Origin: Okamejei kenojei
Taxonomy: Eukaryota
Length of the DNA stretch: 64,000 nucleotides
Direction: 5' to 3'
Assembly: GCA_035221665.1 (NCBI GenBank)
Contig: CM069131.1
Span: 75,454,001-75,518,000 of the forward strand
Made by a program: the position numbers and the translations under genes. This document shows positions 47,980 to 61,787 of this stretch, piece by piece. The notes under the pieces are model-generated. The model had not been told where the DNA came from, searched no databases, and saw nothing but the letters and a program-made list of their open reading frames with translations. How positions within the stretch are numbered: the stretch's first letter is position 1; each line of letters opens with the position of its first letter.

Positions 47980-48805
47980 AGGAATGGTTGATGGAATTGA
48001 ATACAGAGAAGTGTGAGGTGTTGGATTTTGGGACGTCAAACAAGGCCAGGACCCACACAGTGAATGGTGGCCCTCTGGGGAGTGTTGTAGAGCAGAGGGA
48101 TCTAGGAGTACAGGTGCATGGTTCCTTGAAGGTCGAGTCGCAGGTAGATAAAGTGGTCAAAAAGGCTTTTGGCACTTTGGCCTTCATCAGTCAGAGTAAT
48201 GAGTATAGAAGTTGGGAGGTCATGTTGCAGTTGTATAAGACGTTGGTGAGACTGCATTTAGAATATTGTGTTCAGTTCTGGGCACCATGTTATAGGAAAG
48301 ATATTGTCAAACTTGAAAGGGTTCAGAAAAGATTTACGAGGATGTTGCCAGGACTAGAGGGTGTGAGCTATAGGGAGAAGTTAAGTAGGCTGGGTCTCTA
48401 TTCCATGGTGCGTAGGAGGATGAGGGAAGATCTTATAGAGGTATACAAAATCATGAGAAGAATAGATCGGGTAGATGCACAGTCTTTTACCCAGAGTGGG
48501 GGAATCGAGGACCAGAGGACATAGGTTCAAGGTGAAGGGGAAAAGATTTAATGGGAATCCGAGGGGTAACGTTTTCCACACAGAGGGTGGTGGGTGTATG
48601 GAACAAGCTGCCAGAGGAGGTAGTTGAGGCTGGGACTATCCCATCGTTTAAGAAACAGTTGGACGGGTGCATGGATAGGACAGGTTTGGAGGGTTATGGA
48701 CCAAGCGCAGGCAAGTGGGACTAGGGTAGCTGGGACATTGTTGGCCGGTGTGGGCGAGTTGGGCCGAAGGGCCTGTTTCCACATTGTATCACTCTATGAC
48801 TCTAT
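47980..48805 (+). mobile_element. CR1 3' portion
   Basis: ORF 47988..48524 (KCEVLDFG...[15 protein letters not shown]). Confidence 0.9.
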
Positions 48806-49349
48806 GTTGGTATTTACATCTGTATTAATAGTTTCTGTGTGGCTCAACATATCCCATATAAATCAACTCAAATAAAAATGTTCTGACACAGCTAGATCAC
48901 CAGCAGCAACTAAACATTGCTTAGATTAAATATATTTAACACATGGCTCAAAACTGAAATGTATCAAGGAGAGAAGCTTGATGTGCCATTTATTATTTAA
49001 TGAGCTAAATTATCCAAATTAATGAAAATTGCAAACTTAAGTGTAAGTGAAATTCTGGTGTCTATTAAATCATGATAATTTGATCTGAATTTAATTTAAA
49101 ATTTGTGTCACAGCCATAGCAAGGTTCAGCTTAGGATAGCATATTGATAATGTTCAGTTTGAAGGATTGCAGCACATGTTTTGCAATGCAAGTCCATCCC
49201 AGTTCATGTCACAACGTAACAAATTACACTCAGGCTCTTTCTGTTTAGGGTTACATCTTGGATGAGAAGGAAAGGTTCTCCAACCAGATTGCAGTTTAAT
49301 CATTATGCCAACAAAGTTAATCTCCCCTCACAGACATGCCCAAACCTTT

Positions 49350-49637
49350 TTTAGTTTAGATACAGTGCGGATGGAAACAGGGCCTTCCACCCACCGAGTC
49401 CGTGCCGACAGCGATCCCCATACACTAACACTATCTTACACACACCAGGGACAATATACAATCATAACAAGCCAATTAACCTACAAACCTGTACGTCTTT
49501 GGATTGTGGGAGGATACCGGAGCACCCGGAGAAACCCCACGCAGGTTACGGGGAGAACGTACAAACTCCATACAGACAGCACCTATATTCAGGATCGAAC
49601 CCAGGTCTCTGGCAGCAACTTTACCACTGCACCACCA
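49350..49637 (-). mobile_element. V-SINE/HE1-like tRNA-derived SINE
   Basis: The - strand has a tRNA-like head (TGGTGCAGTGG A-box; GGTTCGATCC B-box), the V-domain GTCTGTATGGAGTTTGTACGTTCTCCCCG and a CR1-like tail. Confidence 0.8.
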
Positions 49638-50879
49638 AGCTTCCCTTTCATTCTCTTCATCCAACACTACTCTGCTGGTTTGTCAGAAAACCTTTAACTA
49701 GCCCACTCATTGGATTCCTTCATGAATGGCACAAAGAACATGAAGCATTCTCATTCCCAGTATGCTGTTTAAATTTCTAACAAATTGCAGCAAACATTCA
49801 TTCCCAATTAAAAGGTTACAATAGTCCTTTACTAATTAGAAGCTAACATAACCCCAGCTATCATGTTCCAGTGAACGATTATTTAACTTCATTCAGTTAA
49901 AAAGGTCACATGAGGAAGGTCGGCGTTGAGAAGTAAAATTGCTCTACATAGCAATCATGCAAAGCCACATTCTAACAGAGCAGTCTACATTTTGCATCTT
50001 TTTCAAGTGCAATCTCAAAGTCTCAGCAGGACTGTAATGAGCATACAGTATGCTGTCTATGTCTATTTTTGTCTCATCACTTTCCATTCCATTCTTAACC
50101 TTTCCAAAAGTAGTCCATCAACACAGCATTACTTGCTTTTGATAGAAGACGATTTCCTCACAGCCTGAGTAAACCATTGGTAAACATTTTATATCCTGCC
50201 GTGTCCTATCTTGCAAATTCAGAAATTACGTTTATTAACAGCAATTTAAAAAAAAAATCAAGACACAAGAGAATGCAGATACAGGAACCTCAAGCAAAAA
50301 GATAAACTGCTGTAAGAATTCAGCAAATGGACAGTTCTGTGGAGAGAAATGGACAGTTAAAATTCCCTTCAAGTTTCAAGACTTCAAATTTTGTGGCTGA
50401 CATTTTCTGGAAGGGATTATGGAGAATTTAGATGACAATGGACATAGAGGAAATATTGGCTGACAGTAAACATTCTGTCTGGCACTGTGTCAGTCTCATG
50501 AATAAGCCGCACAAATGTTCAAAAGCAAATCTTAATGCTTATTTTTATTAGAAAATCCCTTCCATGTAGTAAGTAAAATGTAAAATGTAAAATCATTTTA
50601 AAAACTCCACCTTTCAGTGGAATCTACAATCCATTTTCCCTTCATAAATATTTGAAATTCCACCATGAAATTACCAGACACAACACTGAATGTAACCTCT
50701 AAGCTCGCTTCCACCAGTTCTGAACCACACCATGACAGTAAGCAGATCGCTGAGATCGTTGACTCACAACAAAACTGCCATCCCTGCTGACCCCAGACAC
50801 AAGATGATTGGATGCTGCCCCTGTTAGAATAACTCCTCGTTGTTACGTGTATTTCCATCTGCTGGTTTGGTTTAGTTCA

Positions 50880-51140
50880 GGCGTAGTTTAGATACAGTGT
50901 TGAAACAGGCCTTTCGGACCACCGAGTCCACATCGACCAACAATCAGCCCCTGTATCGTAGTTCTATCCTACACACTGCCAAAACCTAAAAACCTGCATG
51001 TCTCTGGAATATGGGAGGAAACCAGAGCACCCAGAGAAAACCTACGCAATAATACAAACTCTGTACAGACAGCACCAGAGTCCAGGAATTAACCCAGGTC
51101 TCTGTGAGGGAGCAACTTTACCTCTGAGCCACTGTGCTGC
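50880..51140 (-). mobile_element. V-SINE/HE1-like SINE
   Basis: Homologous to 49350-49637. Confidence 0.7.
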
Positions 51141-51986
51141 TCCATCTGTATTAGTTATTCTGAATCATTGAATTGAAGACCATGGTAGATCCCTTCTGCA
51201 TATATTCATACTATATCAGGAAATTACAATGTTATAACCACAAACATTTACCTCCAGGCATCTTCTAATGACAACATCTATTAGTAAATTTTAATTTACT
51301 GATCAAAAGTGGCCAAGATATTGGACAGAAGTGTAAAATACGAGTAAGCAAACGGTTGAGTTTTCATGGGAAAAGAGAGAGTGGGACCTGGTGTGCACCT
51401 TTCTCCGCTCTCACCGAGATTCCTCAAGCTCCGGATGAAAAGACTCAGGCTTCTCTTGCCTGTCGTGTGTCTCTCAAGGCAGGGATGTTAATATCTGTGA
51501 CAGTAGAACAACATGTTGGGCTTGCCCATGAATATCCTGAACTTCATTCTGAGAGGTGGAAAATAACCTATCCATAATTATATTTTCACATGGGATGTTG
51601 GTTGCACACCAGCGACCACAAGAATATGGCAGAGTCTTGCTAGATGTTAATGGGTATGAAACACCTGCGGACTAGAATCTGCTAAATGGATATTTACATC
51701 CTTAGACATGTACATGGATGCCTCTTCTCTCTTCCACATGCACACACAGGTGTATGGGTGGGATTATTCATACAAGCCCATGCCCATTGCCTCTTCCTCT
51801 CAGCCCTCCTCTTTCACCTCACTTATGTAAACCACCTTCATCTTCTACTAAATAACGGTCTCAGAGTATACTACCTCTGATAGGTGTAAAATCATTCAGA
51901 TTCTCAGGTTCAAACAGATCAGTTTTAGAAGTAACAATAGCAAAACGTCTCGAAGAAAATTCAAATATTGGGTAAACGAGCTGTAC

Positions 51987-52079
51987 CTTTACTTCCAAAG
52001 CATGTTGTAGTTTTAAACGCATGAAGTCTTGTTCCTGACGCTGAATAACCGATTGACAATCAGAAAACCGAAGGCAGGC
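51987..52079 (-). CDS. CCDC158: CCDC158 exon
   Basis: ACLRFSDCQSVIQRQEQDFMRLKLQHALEVK; phase 0-0. Confidence 0.92.
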
Positions 52080-52609
52080 CTGTTTTAGATGGAAACCACA
52101 AGCATACTTTAAATTTATCAGCCAAATGTATCATTGCCCTTGATATGTTTTTTGTAGAAATTATTAATATTTCCCCCCAATTTAACAGCAATTATAAACT
52201 GGACTATTGCATAGTTTAGATGATTAATAAATCAAAAATATGTTTCTTTACATTTTTTCAATTACTAAAAAACATTTTGTTATAGCAGGGATGTCTAACC
52301 TAAACTAAACTAATTATATCTTGCATAATTTCCCATTTTATTCCTTAAATTCCCCCAACTGGGCAAGGATCTGTCAGTTACCCTGACCATGAAGCAACCT
52401 ATGACCCTCAGCAAAATCTATGGATCAGGATGGCAAGAAGACAAGAATTCAATGAATTAGAAAGACAAAAAACAAAATCAGCTTTAAATCACAGCCGCTT
52501 GACACAATTCCATAATTGGGTACAGACCCAAAGGTTAAACAAACGAATGCTCATGGAGTAACTGCCAATACTGCAACATATGGCTGGTTATCAAAATTTA
52601 CAACAGAAT

Positions 52610-53550
52610 CTTGATCAGTTGGGCAAATGGCCTAAGTAATAGTTAATGGTGTTTAATGCAGATAAGTATGAGGAGGAGGTATTGCATTTTGGGAACACAA
52701 ACCAGGGCAGGACATTCACAGTGAATGGTAGGGCCCTGGGGAGTGTGATAGAGCAGAGGGATCTAGGAGTGCAGCCACATTGTTCCTTGAAAGTGAGGTC
52801 ACAGGCAGATAGTGTGGTCAAGGAGGCTTTCAGTACATTTACCTTCATCAGTCAGAGTATTGAGTATTGAAGGTACACAAAAAGCTGGAGAAACTCAGCG
52901 GGTGCAGCAGCATCTAAGGAGCGAAGGAGATAGGCGACGTTTCGGGTCGAGACCCTTCTTCAGACGTATTGAAGTTGGGATGTTATAGTTACAACTGTAC
53001 AAGACATTGGTGAGGCTGCATGTGGAATACTGTGGTCAGTTTTGATCAACCTGGCCTAGAAAGGATGTTGTTAAGGTGGAAAGGGTACAGAGAGGATTTA
53101 CAAGGATGTTGCCAGTACTTGAGGGCCTGAGATGTAGGGAGAGGTTGGCCAGGCTAGGATTATATTCCTTGGAGCACAGGAGGATGAAGGGTGATATTAA
53201 AGAGGTGTATAAAATCAGGAGGAGACTAAAACAGGTGAATGCAATCGAGTAATTTACACAAGGCTGGGAATCAAGAACCAGAGGAAAAAGGTTGAATGAG
53301 TGAGGGGAAACGTTTAATAGGAAGCCGAGAGGCAAATTTCTGATGCAGAGTATGGTGGGGATATGGAATCAGCTGCTAGCGGATGTAGTGGAAGTAGATA
53401 CTATAATAACATTTAAAATACATTTGGACAACTACATGGATAGGAATGGTTTAGAGGGACATGGACCAAACGTAGTCAGGAGACATCTTGGTTGGCATGG
53501 GCAGGTTGGGCTGAAGGGGCCTATTTCTATGCTGCATGTCTCTATGGCTC
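52610..53550 (+). mobile_element. Degenerate CR1 3' portion
   Basis: ORFs 52646..52870 and 53343..53609. Confidence 0.8.
52873..52965 (-). mobile_element. 93-nt Penelope hammerhead mini-element inserted in CR1 (sense to CCDC158 pre-mRNA)
   Basis: 9-bp TSD gtattgaag (52864-52872 and 52966-52974); intact hammerhead motif at 52936-52963. Confidence 0.88.
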
Positions 53551-53819
53551 TACCCAAACAACTGTACACAAAATTGAGACACATGAAACTGCAGATGCTG
53601 GAATCTTGAGTAAAACACAAAGTGCTAGAGTAACTCAGCGGGTCAGCAGCCTGTATGGAGGGAATAGACAGACAACGTTTTGGGTCGGATTCAATGATGG
53701 ATCGCAACCCAAAACATTGCCTGTCCATTTCGTCCACAGATGCTGCCTGACTCCTGAGTTACTTCAACACTTAGTGTTTTACTACACACAGAATAAACAT
53801 TGCGACATTAAGGTCATTA

Positions 53820-54312
53820 AGGTGTATAAAATCATGAGAGGAACAGATCGGGTAGATTCACAGAGGAAAAAAGGGTCTCGACCCGAAACGTCACCCATTC
53901 CTTCTCTCCAGAGATGCTGCCTGGCCCGCTGAATTACTCCAGCATTTTGTGTCTACCTTCAATTTAAACCAGCATCTGCAGTTGTTTCCTGCACAGAGTC
54001 TCTTGCCCAGAGTAGGGGAATCAAGGACCAGAGGACATAGGTTAAAGGTGAAGGGGAAAAGATTTAATAGGAATCCGAAGGCTAACCTTTTCACACAGTG
54101 GGTGGTGGGTGTATGGAACAAGATGCCAGAGGACGAAGTTGAGGCTCGGACTATCCCAACATTGAAAAAACAGTTAGAGAGGTACATGGATAGGACAGGT
54201 TTGGAGGGATATTGACCAAACGTGGGCAGGTGGGACCAGTGTAGCTGGGACATGTTGACCGGTGTGGGCAAGTTGGGCCGAAGCGTCTGTTTCCACACTG
54301 TATCACTCTATG
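53820..54312 (+). mobile_element. CR1 3' end containing a Penelope pLTR insert (53866-53991)
   Basis: cacagag is duplicated around the insert, which retains GGGTCTCGACCCGAAACGTC but lacks the CTGA box. Confidence 0.8.
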
Positions 54313-55009
54313 ACACAGAAGAATAAAGCACACCTGCAAGTTTCTTGTGTTCCTAATTTATAAATGTCACTATATATAATTTCCCCTACCCATAAGCATT
54401 ACCCATACCCATTAGAAATGATAATAAAAGGTTAAAACAACTGAACTAATGTGTAGTATTAACTGAATGAAGCGCTGTCAATAAAAATATCAAAAGTAAT
54501 ATTTCCAAAATAAAGAAAGGCAAAACGGCAGCATACAGGAGTCTTCAGAAAGGGTTCACTAATCTGATTAATCGTGACAATAAAGGAATAAACAAACAGA
54601 AGCCAAGAGGAAGGTCAGCAGAAAGGTTTCTTGATATATCTGGCACCTCTTATTTCCTTTTCTCCTACCCTAAGTTATAAAGTTTGTTTCTTACTATGTA
54701 CTATTAAAACTGACAGTAAAAGCTTTTACAATTTCTGTTTATGCATATTTGCTGTCTTCAGTAAAATGTGGAGTAGAGATGCGTGGTTCATTGAGTTAAC
54801 TCAGATCGAGGACAATCCCGATGGTACAAATGCCTGCTCTACCTGTCAGCCCATGAATGTTTGGGAACTCACAGCTCAACTGCAGACACTAGGTGGCAAA
54901 GTTGGTTTAAGAAAAGATTACTATCCCTAGCACTGACATGGTCGATTATAACGAATACGAGGTTTACCCCAAATAATGATGGGGAAAAAAATAAAGTAAG
55001 ATCAATTAC

Positions 55010-55168
55010 CTTTTCCAATGCTGACTCCAACCTCATCAGTTTGTCCCTCAGAGATTTTTCCTGAGACTTCACACTGTCGAGCTCTCCAGCAATTTTATTT
55101 CTCTCTGATACGATGCAAGCAAGTTCCTTAGTCAGACGTACTTTCTCCTCTTTTAGATAGCATTTCTC
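55010..55168 (-). CDS. CCDC158: CCDC158 exon
   Basis: EKCYLKEEKVRLTKELACIVSERNKIAGELDSVKSQEKSLRDKLMRLESALEK; phase 0-0. Confidence 0.92.
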
Positions 55169-56079
55169 CTATCGAATGTAAAACCAGGTTAAAAAGTGTG
55201 AGTGTGTGAGTGAGTGAATGAGTGCGTGCAGATGCATGTGTGTGTGCGAGTGCGAGTGCGTGTGCAGGGGACAGGAGAAGGGGAAGTAAGATAGAAAGTA
55301 AGAGAAATTATACCCATTGGCAGAATGTCCAGAACCAGGAAAAAGTAGGGGTGACATGGAGAAAAGGCTTTCCAGTTAACAAGTAGTCATGATCCAGAAT
55401 TCTTTGCCTTAAGAGGTAGTGCTAGCACGTTCAATTACTACTTTCAAAAGGAAACTGGATAAACCATGGAGGCGGTAAAAGGGTGCAGTGAAAGAGCTGG
55501 AGAATAGGGATAACCAGATTGCTCTGACACCATTGGCTTCCTTTGGTGCTGGAATAAATCAATGATTCAATGAAACTTGAAATTTCAGCTCCATTGTTTC
55601 AACAGCAATAATATATAATTTAAAATAGAATATTCAATATGAAAGAATATATCAAGTACATTGACTGGAAGTTTGATACAAGAAGGAAGAGTCTAATTGT
55701 GCAACAGTGCAATAAACAATATTTCTTGGACCAGCAGTGCTGTCGCATCACTAGGAAAAAATCATGCGATTTAGAGCACTGGCCATTTGGTGAGTGGAAA
55801 ATCCAGAGCATTTAACAGCTGCAACACTAAAATGGATAAGTAGCGTGATTCCCCAATTTTGAACAAATAGTGATTCTTTGGTGTTTTACGGTGTCTACTA
55901 AGAAAGAAATTGCACAGAGCTACTCAATTTCATTCACGATTAACAGGACAAACTGTACAAGAAGAATGAACCAGCAATAATTCCCTTGTTGATATAATTA
56001 AAGGCGTTGAGCCCAAACTGTGCAGTGACATGTACTTACACCTCACTATTACACGTCATCATCACACGTCACCATAAGC

Positions 56080-56750
56080 AGTTCAAGTGCCTGGGTGTGC
56101 ATATCTTTGAAGATTTCTCATGTGCTTAGCACATCGATGCAATCACAAAGAAAGATCATCAGTGCCTCCATTTCTTCAGAAGATTGAGGAGATTTGGTAT
56201 GCCAATAAATACTCTGTTGAACGTCTGCAGGTGTACAATGGCATATGGTTGCACCATAACCTGGTTCGGCAACTCAAATGTTCAGGAATAAAGGAGATTG
56301 CAGAGAGTGGTAGACACTACCTGGTCCATCACAGGTAATGACCTTTCCACCATTGAAGGATTCTTTAGGAGTCCCTGCCTCAAAATGTCAGCCAATCTCA
56401 AAGACCTGCACCACCCTGGCCACAGTCTTATTTCACCACTACCATCAGGAAGAAGGTACAGGAGCTTGAAAACAGTGCCCTGCATGTTCAAGAATAGCTT
56501 CTTCCAGCAACCATCATGCTCCTGAACACTACACAACACTAATCACAGACACCATGATCTTCCATGGACTGTGCTTCTGTTTGCCCTACAGGGGCTTTGT
56601 TTTTTACACTATTGTTATCATATTATAACTGTTCGGTTTTTGATTATTATATATGTTATCTGGGTTTTATTGCATTTATGGGGCAGTTATACTGCAACAA
56701 CCAAGGATTTCATTGTTCCATTGTCAGTACATATGGCAATTAAACTCATG
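56080..56750 (+). mobile_element. Rex1/Babar-type LINE 3' end, degenerate
   Basis: LKDLHHPGHSLISPLPSGRRYRSL. Confidence 0.8.
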
Positions 56751-58317
56751 ATTCGGTAAAGTAGGGTTGCAATACAAGGGTATTGCATCATGACAATTGC
56801 ATGACAATACATGTATTACATCATGACAATTGGACCTTCTCATCTCACCCATCACCGTTCTTATTGTCGTTCCTAACCTTCCTGCTAACCTGGTGACTTC
56901 AGTGACACCTAGAAGTCTCTGCCCTTTTCTCATTGAAAAATTAAATTACATTCATCATTTCAGCCCAAGACAATTCTTTACATTGCAATTTTGATACATT
57001 CAAAATATGAAATAACAACAATCATAAAAGCTTACTTTATGTGAACTAAAATATCAGGAAACTTGTATTTCTTTATCCAAAAATATGAACTGATGAATGT
57101 GTGTGTGAATATTCACACAAATAATAAAAATGTTTTACATAATCAAAAAAGCTAGTGCCCTTCCAATACTTAAATTGTTAATGACTTTCCATATTTCTGA
57201 CATTGTACACAGAATAATTATTGCTCTTAAAGGACAAAATCTAACAACAACCACCCATTGAAAAATACTTGAATATTTTCAATAAAGGATTATGAGCTTA
57301 CATTATGGAAGAGTAAGATATTAATGTCCAATTAAAAATAGCAATGGTGTCTTTGATTTAGCACTGGGAAATTATAACAAGTGAGGCAATTCAATCTGAA
57401 CCATTCCTTCTATGGCTCCTATGGAAATCGGCTAAATTTAACTCCGAACTCCTGCCAAAAGCAGCTGCCTGGAAATTTAAAAACCCTTGCCACGGCATGT
57501 ATGCTTTAAACATTTATAGGGGAAGAGCAAAGCAATTCATCAATCACTTCAATTTGATAATGAGTGTTGGGTCATTTTTGTGTTGCTGTCACTTTTCCTA
57601 GCCCACAGCAAACATTTCTGCACTGCAGAAAGTTATGTAAAACCTGAGGACTGCCTGCAGGGAGCTGATTGCAGAAACTCCCAAATATTTATTCTAGGCA
57701 CATATTGAAAAGAAATGTACAGAAAAATATCATTACTACTTTGCACAAACATGTACAGTGCTCACGTCAAATGGGGGAATGTGATATATGAAAGGGGGTG
57801 GTAGCAGAAAGGGGAGTGAGGAACAATGTCAAACGTTCAACAAATTCTCAGGTGTTCCAAAACCACACTGGGACTACTTTCCTGCTAACTTGTCGAATAT
57901 TTTAGCTGTTAGCATAAACTCATGTTGTGGCCCAGGGCTTGTCCACCACAAATTTCAAGATGTGTTTCGATCTCCTTCAAGTCATACAACCCCTAACATC
58001 GCTAGCAAACTCTACAAATATTAGGAAAGGTAATATCAAGTAACATATATTTCTGCCCTAGTCAATACGCACCTCATAAGAGGTAACAATGGAGGTTAAT
58101 ATGGTCCCGTTTAAAGATGTGTGGGGCAACTCTTTTTTTACGCTGAGGGTAATGAATGCCAAGAATGCACTGCCAGGGTTTGTGGTTGAGGGAGATACGA
58201 TAGTGGCATTTAAGAGACTTTAGGATAGGCCTATGGATATGCAGGGAATGGAGGGATATTAATTGTGAGCAAGCAGATAAGAGATGGTCTTGGCATCATG
58301 TTCAGCATAGATATTGT

Positions 58318-59082
58318 GACACGATGTCGCAGCGGTAGAGATGCTGCCTTGCAGCACTTACAGTGCCAGAGACGAGGGTTCGATCCCGACTATGGGTGCT
58401 GTCTGTGTGGAGTTTGTACGTTCTCTTCGTAACTGTGTGGGCTTTCTCCGAGATCTTCGGTTTCCTCCCACACTCCATAGACGTACATGTTTGTAGGTTA
58501 ATTGGCCTGGGTTTGTATACTTAGTATTGTAGTAATTCACACGTTGTGAATAAAACGATCTTTATTGACAAATACAACTCTTAAATACACGTGCGCTAAG
58601 TGAGAGCTCAAGCAAGGTCCCTGCTGTTGCAGTAGGACACACACGTTGACTGATGACGTTCTCTTCCCGCCAAATGCAGTCACGTTACTGTTCCAGTTCT
58701 GGTGATGAGGGTTCGATCAGTAAGTGGTTTGACCACCAGGTGGTGCCACATGACCCCCCCAGAACTGGAGAATAGAAAACGAGCAGACAGACGAAACACG
58801 GCGACCTGAACTCGTAACTACAACACCCGCGCCAGGAAACACAACCGTGTTTGTGGATGAGACTGGCGAGGCTGGGCCACCTGTAAGGGCTGACCAATGT
58901 TTCAAATGAGTGGGTTTGGTCAATAAGTGGCTTGCCACCAGGTGGCGCCACAGTATAAGTGTAAATTGTCCGTAGTATGTGTAGGATAGTGTTAATGTGC
59001 GAGGATCGCTCATCGGCATGGACTCAGTGGGCCGAAGGGTCTATTTCCGCGCTGTATGTATCCCCATACCAAATTAAACTAA
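58318..59082 (+). mobile_element. V-SINE/HE1-like SINE interrupted by a solo LTR
   Basis: B-box GGTTCGATCC and V-domain at ~58397-58480; the SINE resumes at 58953. Confidence 0.8.
58528..58952 (-). mobile_element. Solo LTR (probably Gypsy-type)
   Basis: TGT...ACA termini, 4-bp TSD GTAT (58524-27 and 58953-56), 425 bp long, AATAAA near one end. Orientation is tentative. Confidence 0.75.
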
Positions 59083-59448
59083 ATTGTTGGCTGAAAGGCC
59101 TGTTCTGTATTATTCTATGTTCAAAGTAACAATGGAAAAAAAAAAATTTAAGTTCAACATAAAAGTAACAATGCAATTTACAACTAATTTGTTGTGACAT
59201 GCACGGTATGAAAGGGTAAAACCATCGAAAATATAACTGACAGGAATTTCCAAATGTGGCCGTAAACACAAGAGGTTAAAGAATGGTCTCTGAGATGGTG
59301 TAAAGGTATTAAAAGGAATCATGCATGATGTGTTTCCTTTTCTAACAACCAAACAAATAATGAATTATCATTATTATAGAACAATAACTAGTGAAAATCA
59401 ATAACTAGTTTTTGAATATGACTTAAATATTAATGATATCTGACATAC

Positions 59449-59561
59449 CCTCTCAGAGTTTTCTAAAGCTTCTTCCAGGAACTGAATTTTGCTCTGTAAT
59501 GCATCAATCTGTCCCCGCTTAGCTGTGATTTGCTTTTGCATTCCCATGGCAACTTTCATTG
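59449..59561 (-). CDS. CCDC158: CCDC158 exon
   Basis: AMKVAMGMQKQITAKRGQIDALQSKIQFLEEA, the hallmark conserved CCDC158 segment; phase 1-0. Confidence 0.95.
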
Positions 59562-60174
59562 CTGTAAAGAATAACATTTTATATTTTAATAAAACAAATG
59601 TGTTCATACATCGATTGCGAAGCAGGTAGGATAGGAAAAAATCAAAGTTGAATCCCTACCCAGATCTAAAAAATGAATATTTTCATTACTGTCCTACAGA
59701 TTATTTTACTCAAGGTCTTTTGTAGCCTTTTCTAAAGGCGAATAACATGGGGTTTTTGAAACCGAGGGCTTTTCACATTTCATGGCCATAAATGCTGTGG
59801 AAGATTGTTGGAAGTGGTGCAAATTTTCCATTTATTTCTCCATGTCCGCCAGCAATCTCTCATTGAAGTAATAGCTGAGCATGCCAAAAAAATCCCAACC
59901 CATCACTTCTCCGTACAAATTAAGGAACCAAAATTATTAAAGAAGAACATTTGAAAGAATTCCCAGGAAATTCCAGAAATGCAAAGCACAATGATAACTG
60001 AAGGGACACGTTAGAATAGTAATTCCCTAAAATGAAATCTTGCAGATGCACCAATCTATTTTTCAGAAAATCAACAACATATTAAAAATAAATAAAATTT
60101 TGAGGGAGAAAGCTAGAATAACAAAGTAACTTCCAATGCCAATAGTCTAGTAAAAATGGACTGAAAATTGGTAC

Positions 60175-60327
60175 CGTGGGAGTCAGCTCCTTCGAGAACT
60201 TTCATTGCCTCTCTGTTTTGATCCAGATCATTTTGGACTGATTTCAGCTGAGCTCTAAGTTTGTTTGTAGACCATTCATATTCTTTGGTTTTAGAAGCAT
60301 AGGTCCTCTGCAAATTATTATACTCCT
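60175..60327 (-). CDS. CCDC158: CCDC158 exon
   Basis: EEYNNLQRTYASKTKEYEWSTNKLRAQLKSVQNDLDQNREAMKVLEGADSH; phase 1-1. Confidence 0.92.
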
Positions 60328-60759
60328 CTATAATCAACAAAAAAAGGGAACTGAATAAAAAATTCATTTAATGACAGTCATTGTACAACCTACATTTATA
60401 TAACAAAGCATTGAATCTAAGTGTTGCAACACCATCATAAACCATTCCCAACTACTCTCCACATAATTGCACATCGTTTGGACATTCTTTGTACAATTAT
60501 ATCAGCTAATAGAAGTAATGAATGATCCTTAACTCCAGCACATCTCTTCATAAACATCTTATCTATCACACATACCAGCTCATCAAATTTACTATCTCTA
60601 CTGTAACATACTATTATTCCTTTAACACTTCAATTAGGATATTCCAAATACTCTTCTAAAATTCAATAATTACTTTTTTTTTGTGATCTCTTTGCCCCTT
60701 TTATAATCTACCACCTTCATTGATCTGTTTTATCCTTTTTCCTGTTTGTGCAACTATAA

Positions 60760-61065
60760 ACATAGAAAATAGATGCAGGAGGAGGCCCTTCGAGCCAGCA
60801 CCGCCATTCATTGTGATCATGGCTGATCGTCCCCTATAAATAACCCGTGCCTGCCTTCTCCCCATATCCCTTGATTCCACTAGCCCCGAGAGCTCTATCT
60901 AACTCTCTCTTAAATACATCCAGTGATTTGGCCTCCACTGCCCTCCGTGGCAGGGAATTCCATAAATTCACAACTCTCTGGGTAAAAACTTTTTTTTCTC
61001 ACCTCAGTCTTAAATGACCTCCCCCTTTATTCTAAGACTGTGGCCCCTGGTTCTGGACTCGCCCA
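60760..61065 (-). mobile_element. CR1 3' end
   Basis: Reverse complement of the standard CR1 3' UTR seen elsewhere in this window. Confidence 0.85.
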
Positions 61066-61787
61066 AAACTGTTGCAATTTTGTTTTGTACTACAGGCTTT
61101 ATCAATATATTTTAAGTCTTGGTTTTGGTTTTTATTTCTCTCACCCTTCCACTCAGGCTTTTTAATTATCAGTTCAAATCTTTACATGTTCTTTGTTTTT
61201 ACTAACTGTTTACTGACTTCAATTTTTTTCCAGATATCTAATTTAGTCATGAATTTTCTTTTGATCCATTTCTTATGCTGGAATATAGTTGATTTGTGTC
61301 ATTCCATGCTCTTGTTTAATTATGTCCCATTGTGATTATTGATCTATTTACCAATACCCCCCTCCATGCGATTACAAAAAAATCCCTTGTTAACCCACAA
61401 AACATGGCTCCCCCAACCAAGTATTTTCCTGTTCTTTGACCGACTCTGGCTTTGCTGCAGTCATTGTATTAGATTATTCCTGTTTTTAGGGAGCCTTCAT
61501 GTTCTGCTTTATTTCACAGATCCGGTAAAAGCAACTCCGGCTTTTTTGGCAGCGCAGTGGATATAAAAACATCTGCACTCAAAAAATATTGTCTCTTGTG
61601 CCCTGTTCCAAGTTTTCTTATGGGGGGGGGGGGGGAGGGAGAGGAGCAGTTTGAGTGAGCATCTGCAAAAACTCCTAATACAGCTGAGAAATTCATTCTT
61701 AATTCATTTTTCACTGTCTGTCAATTTATAAAATACTCTCAAATATTTTATGCAAAGTGTCATGCATTATCAATTTGAATAGATGTT

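Noticed and set aside
58318-58395. tRNA gene
   Set aside because: The A/B boxes belong to a SINE head followed by the V-domain; there is no complete cloverleaf.
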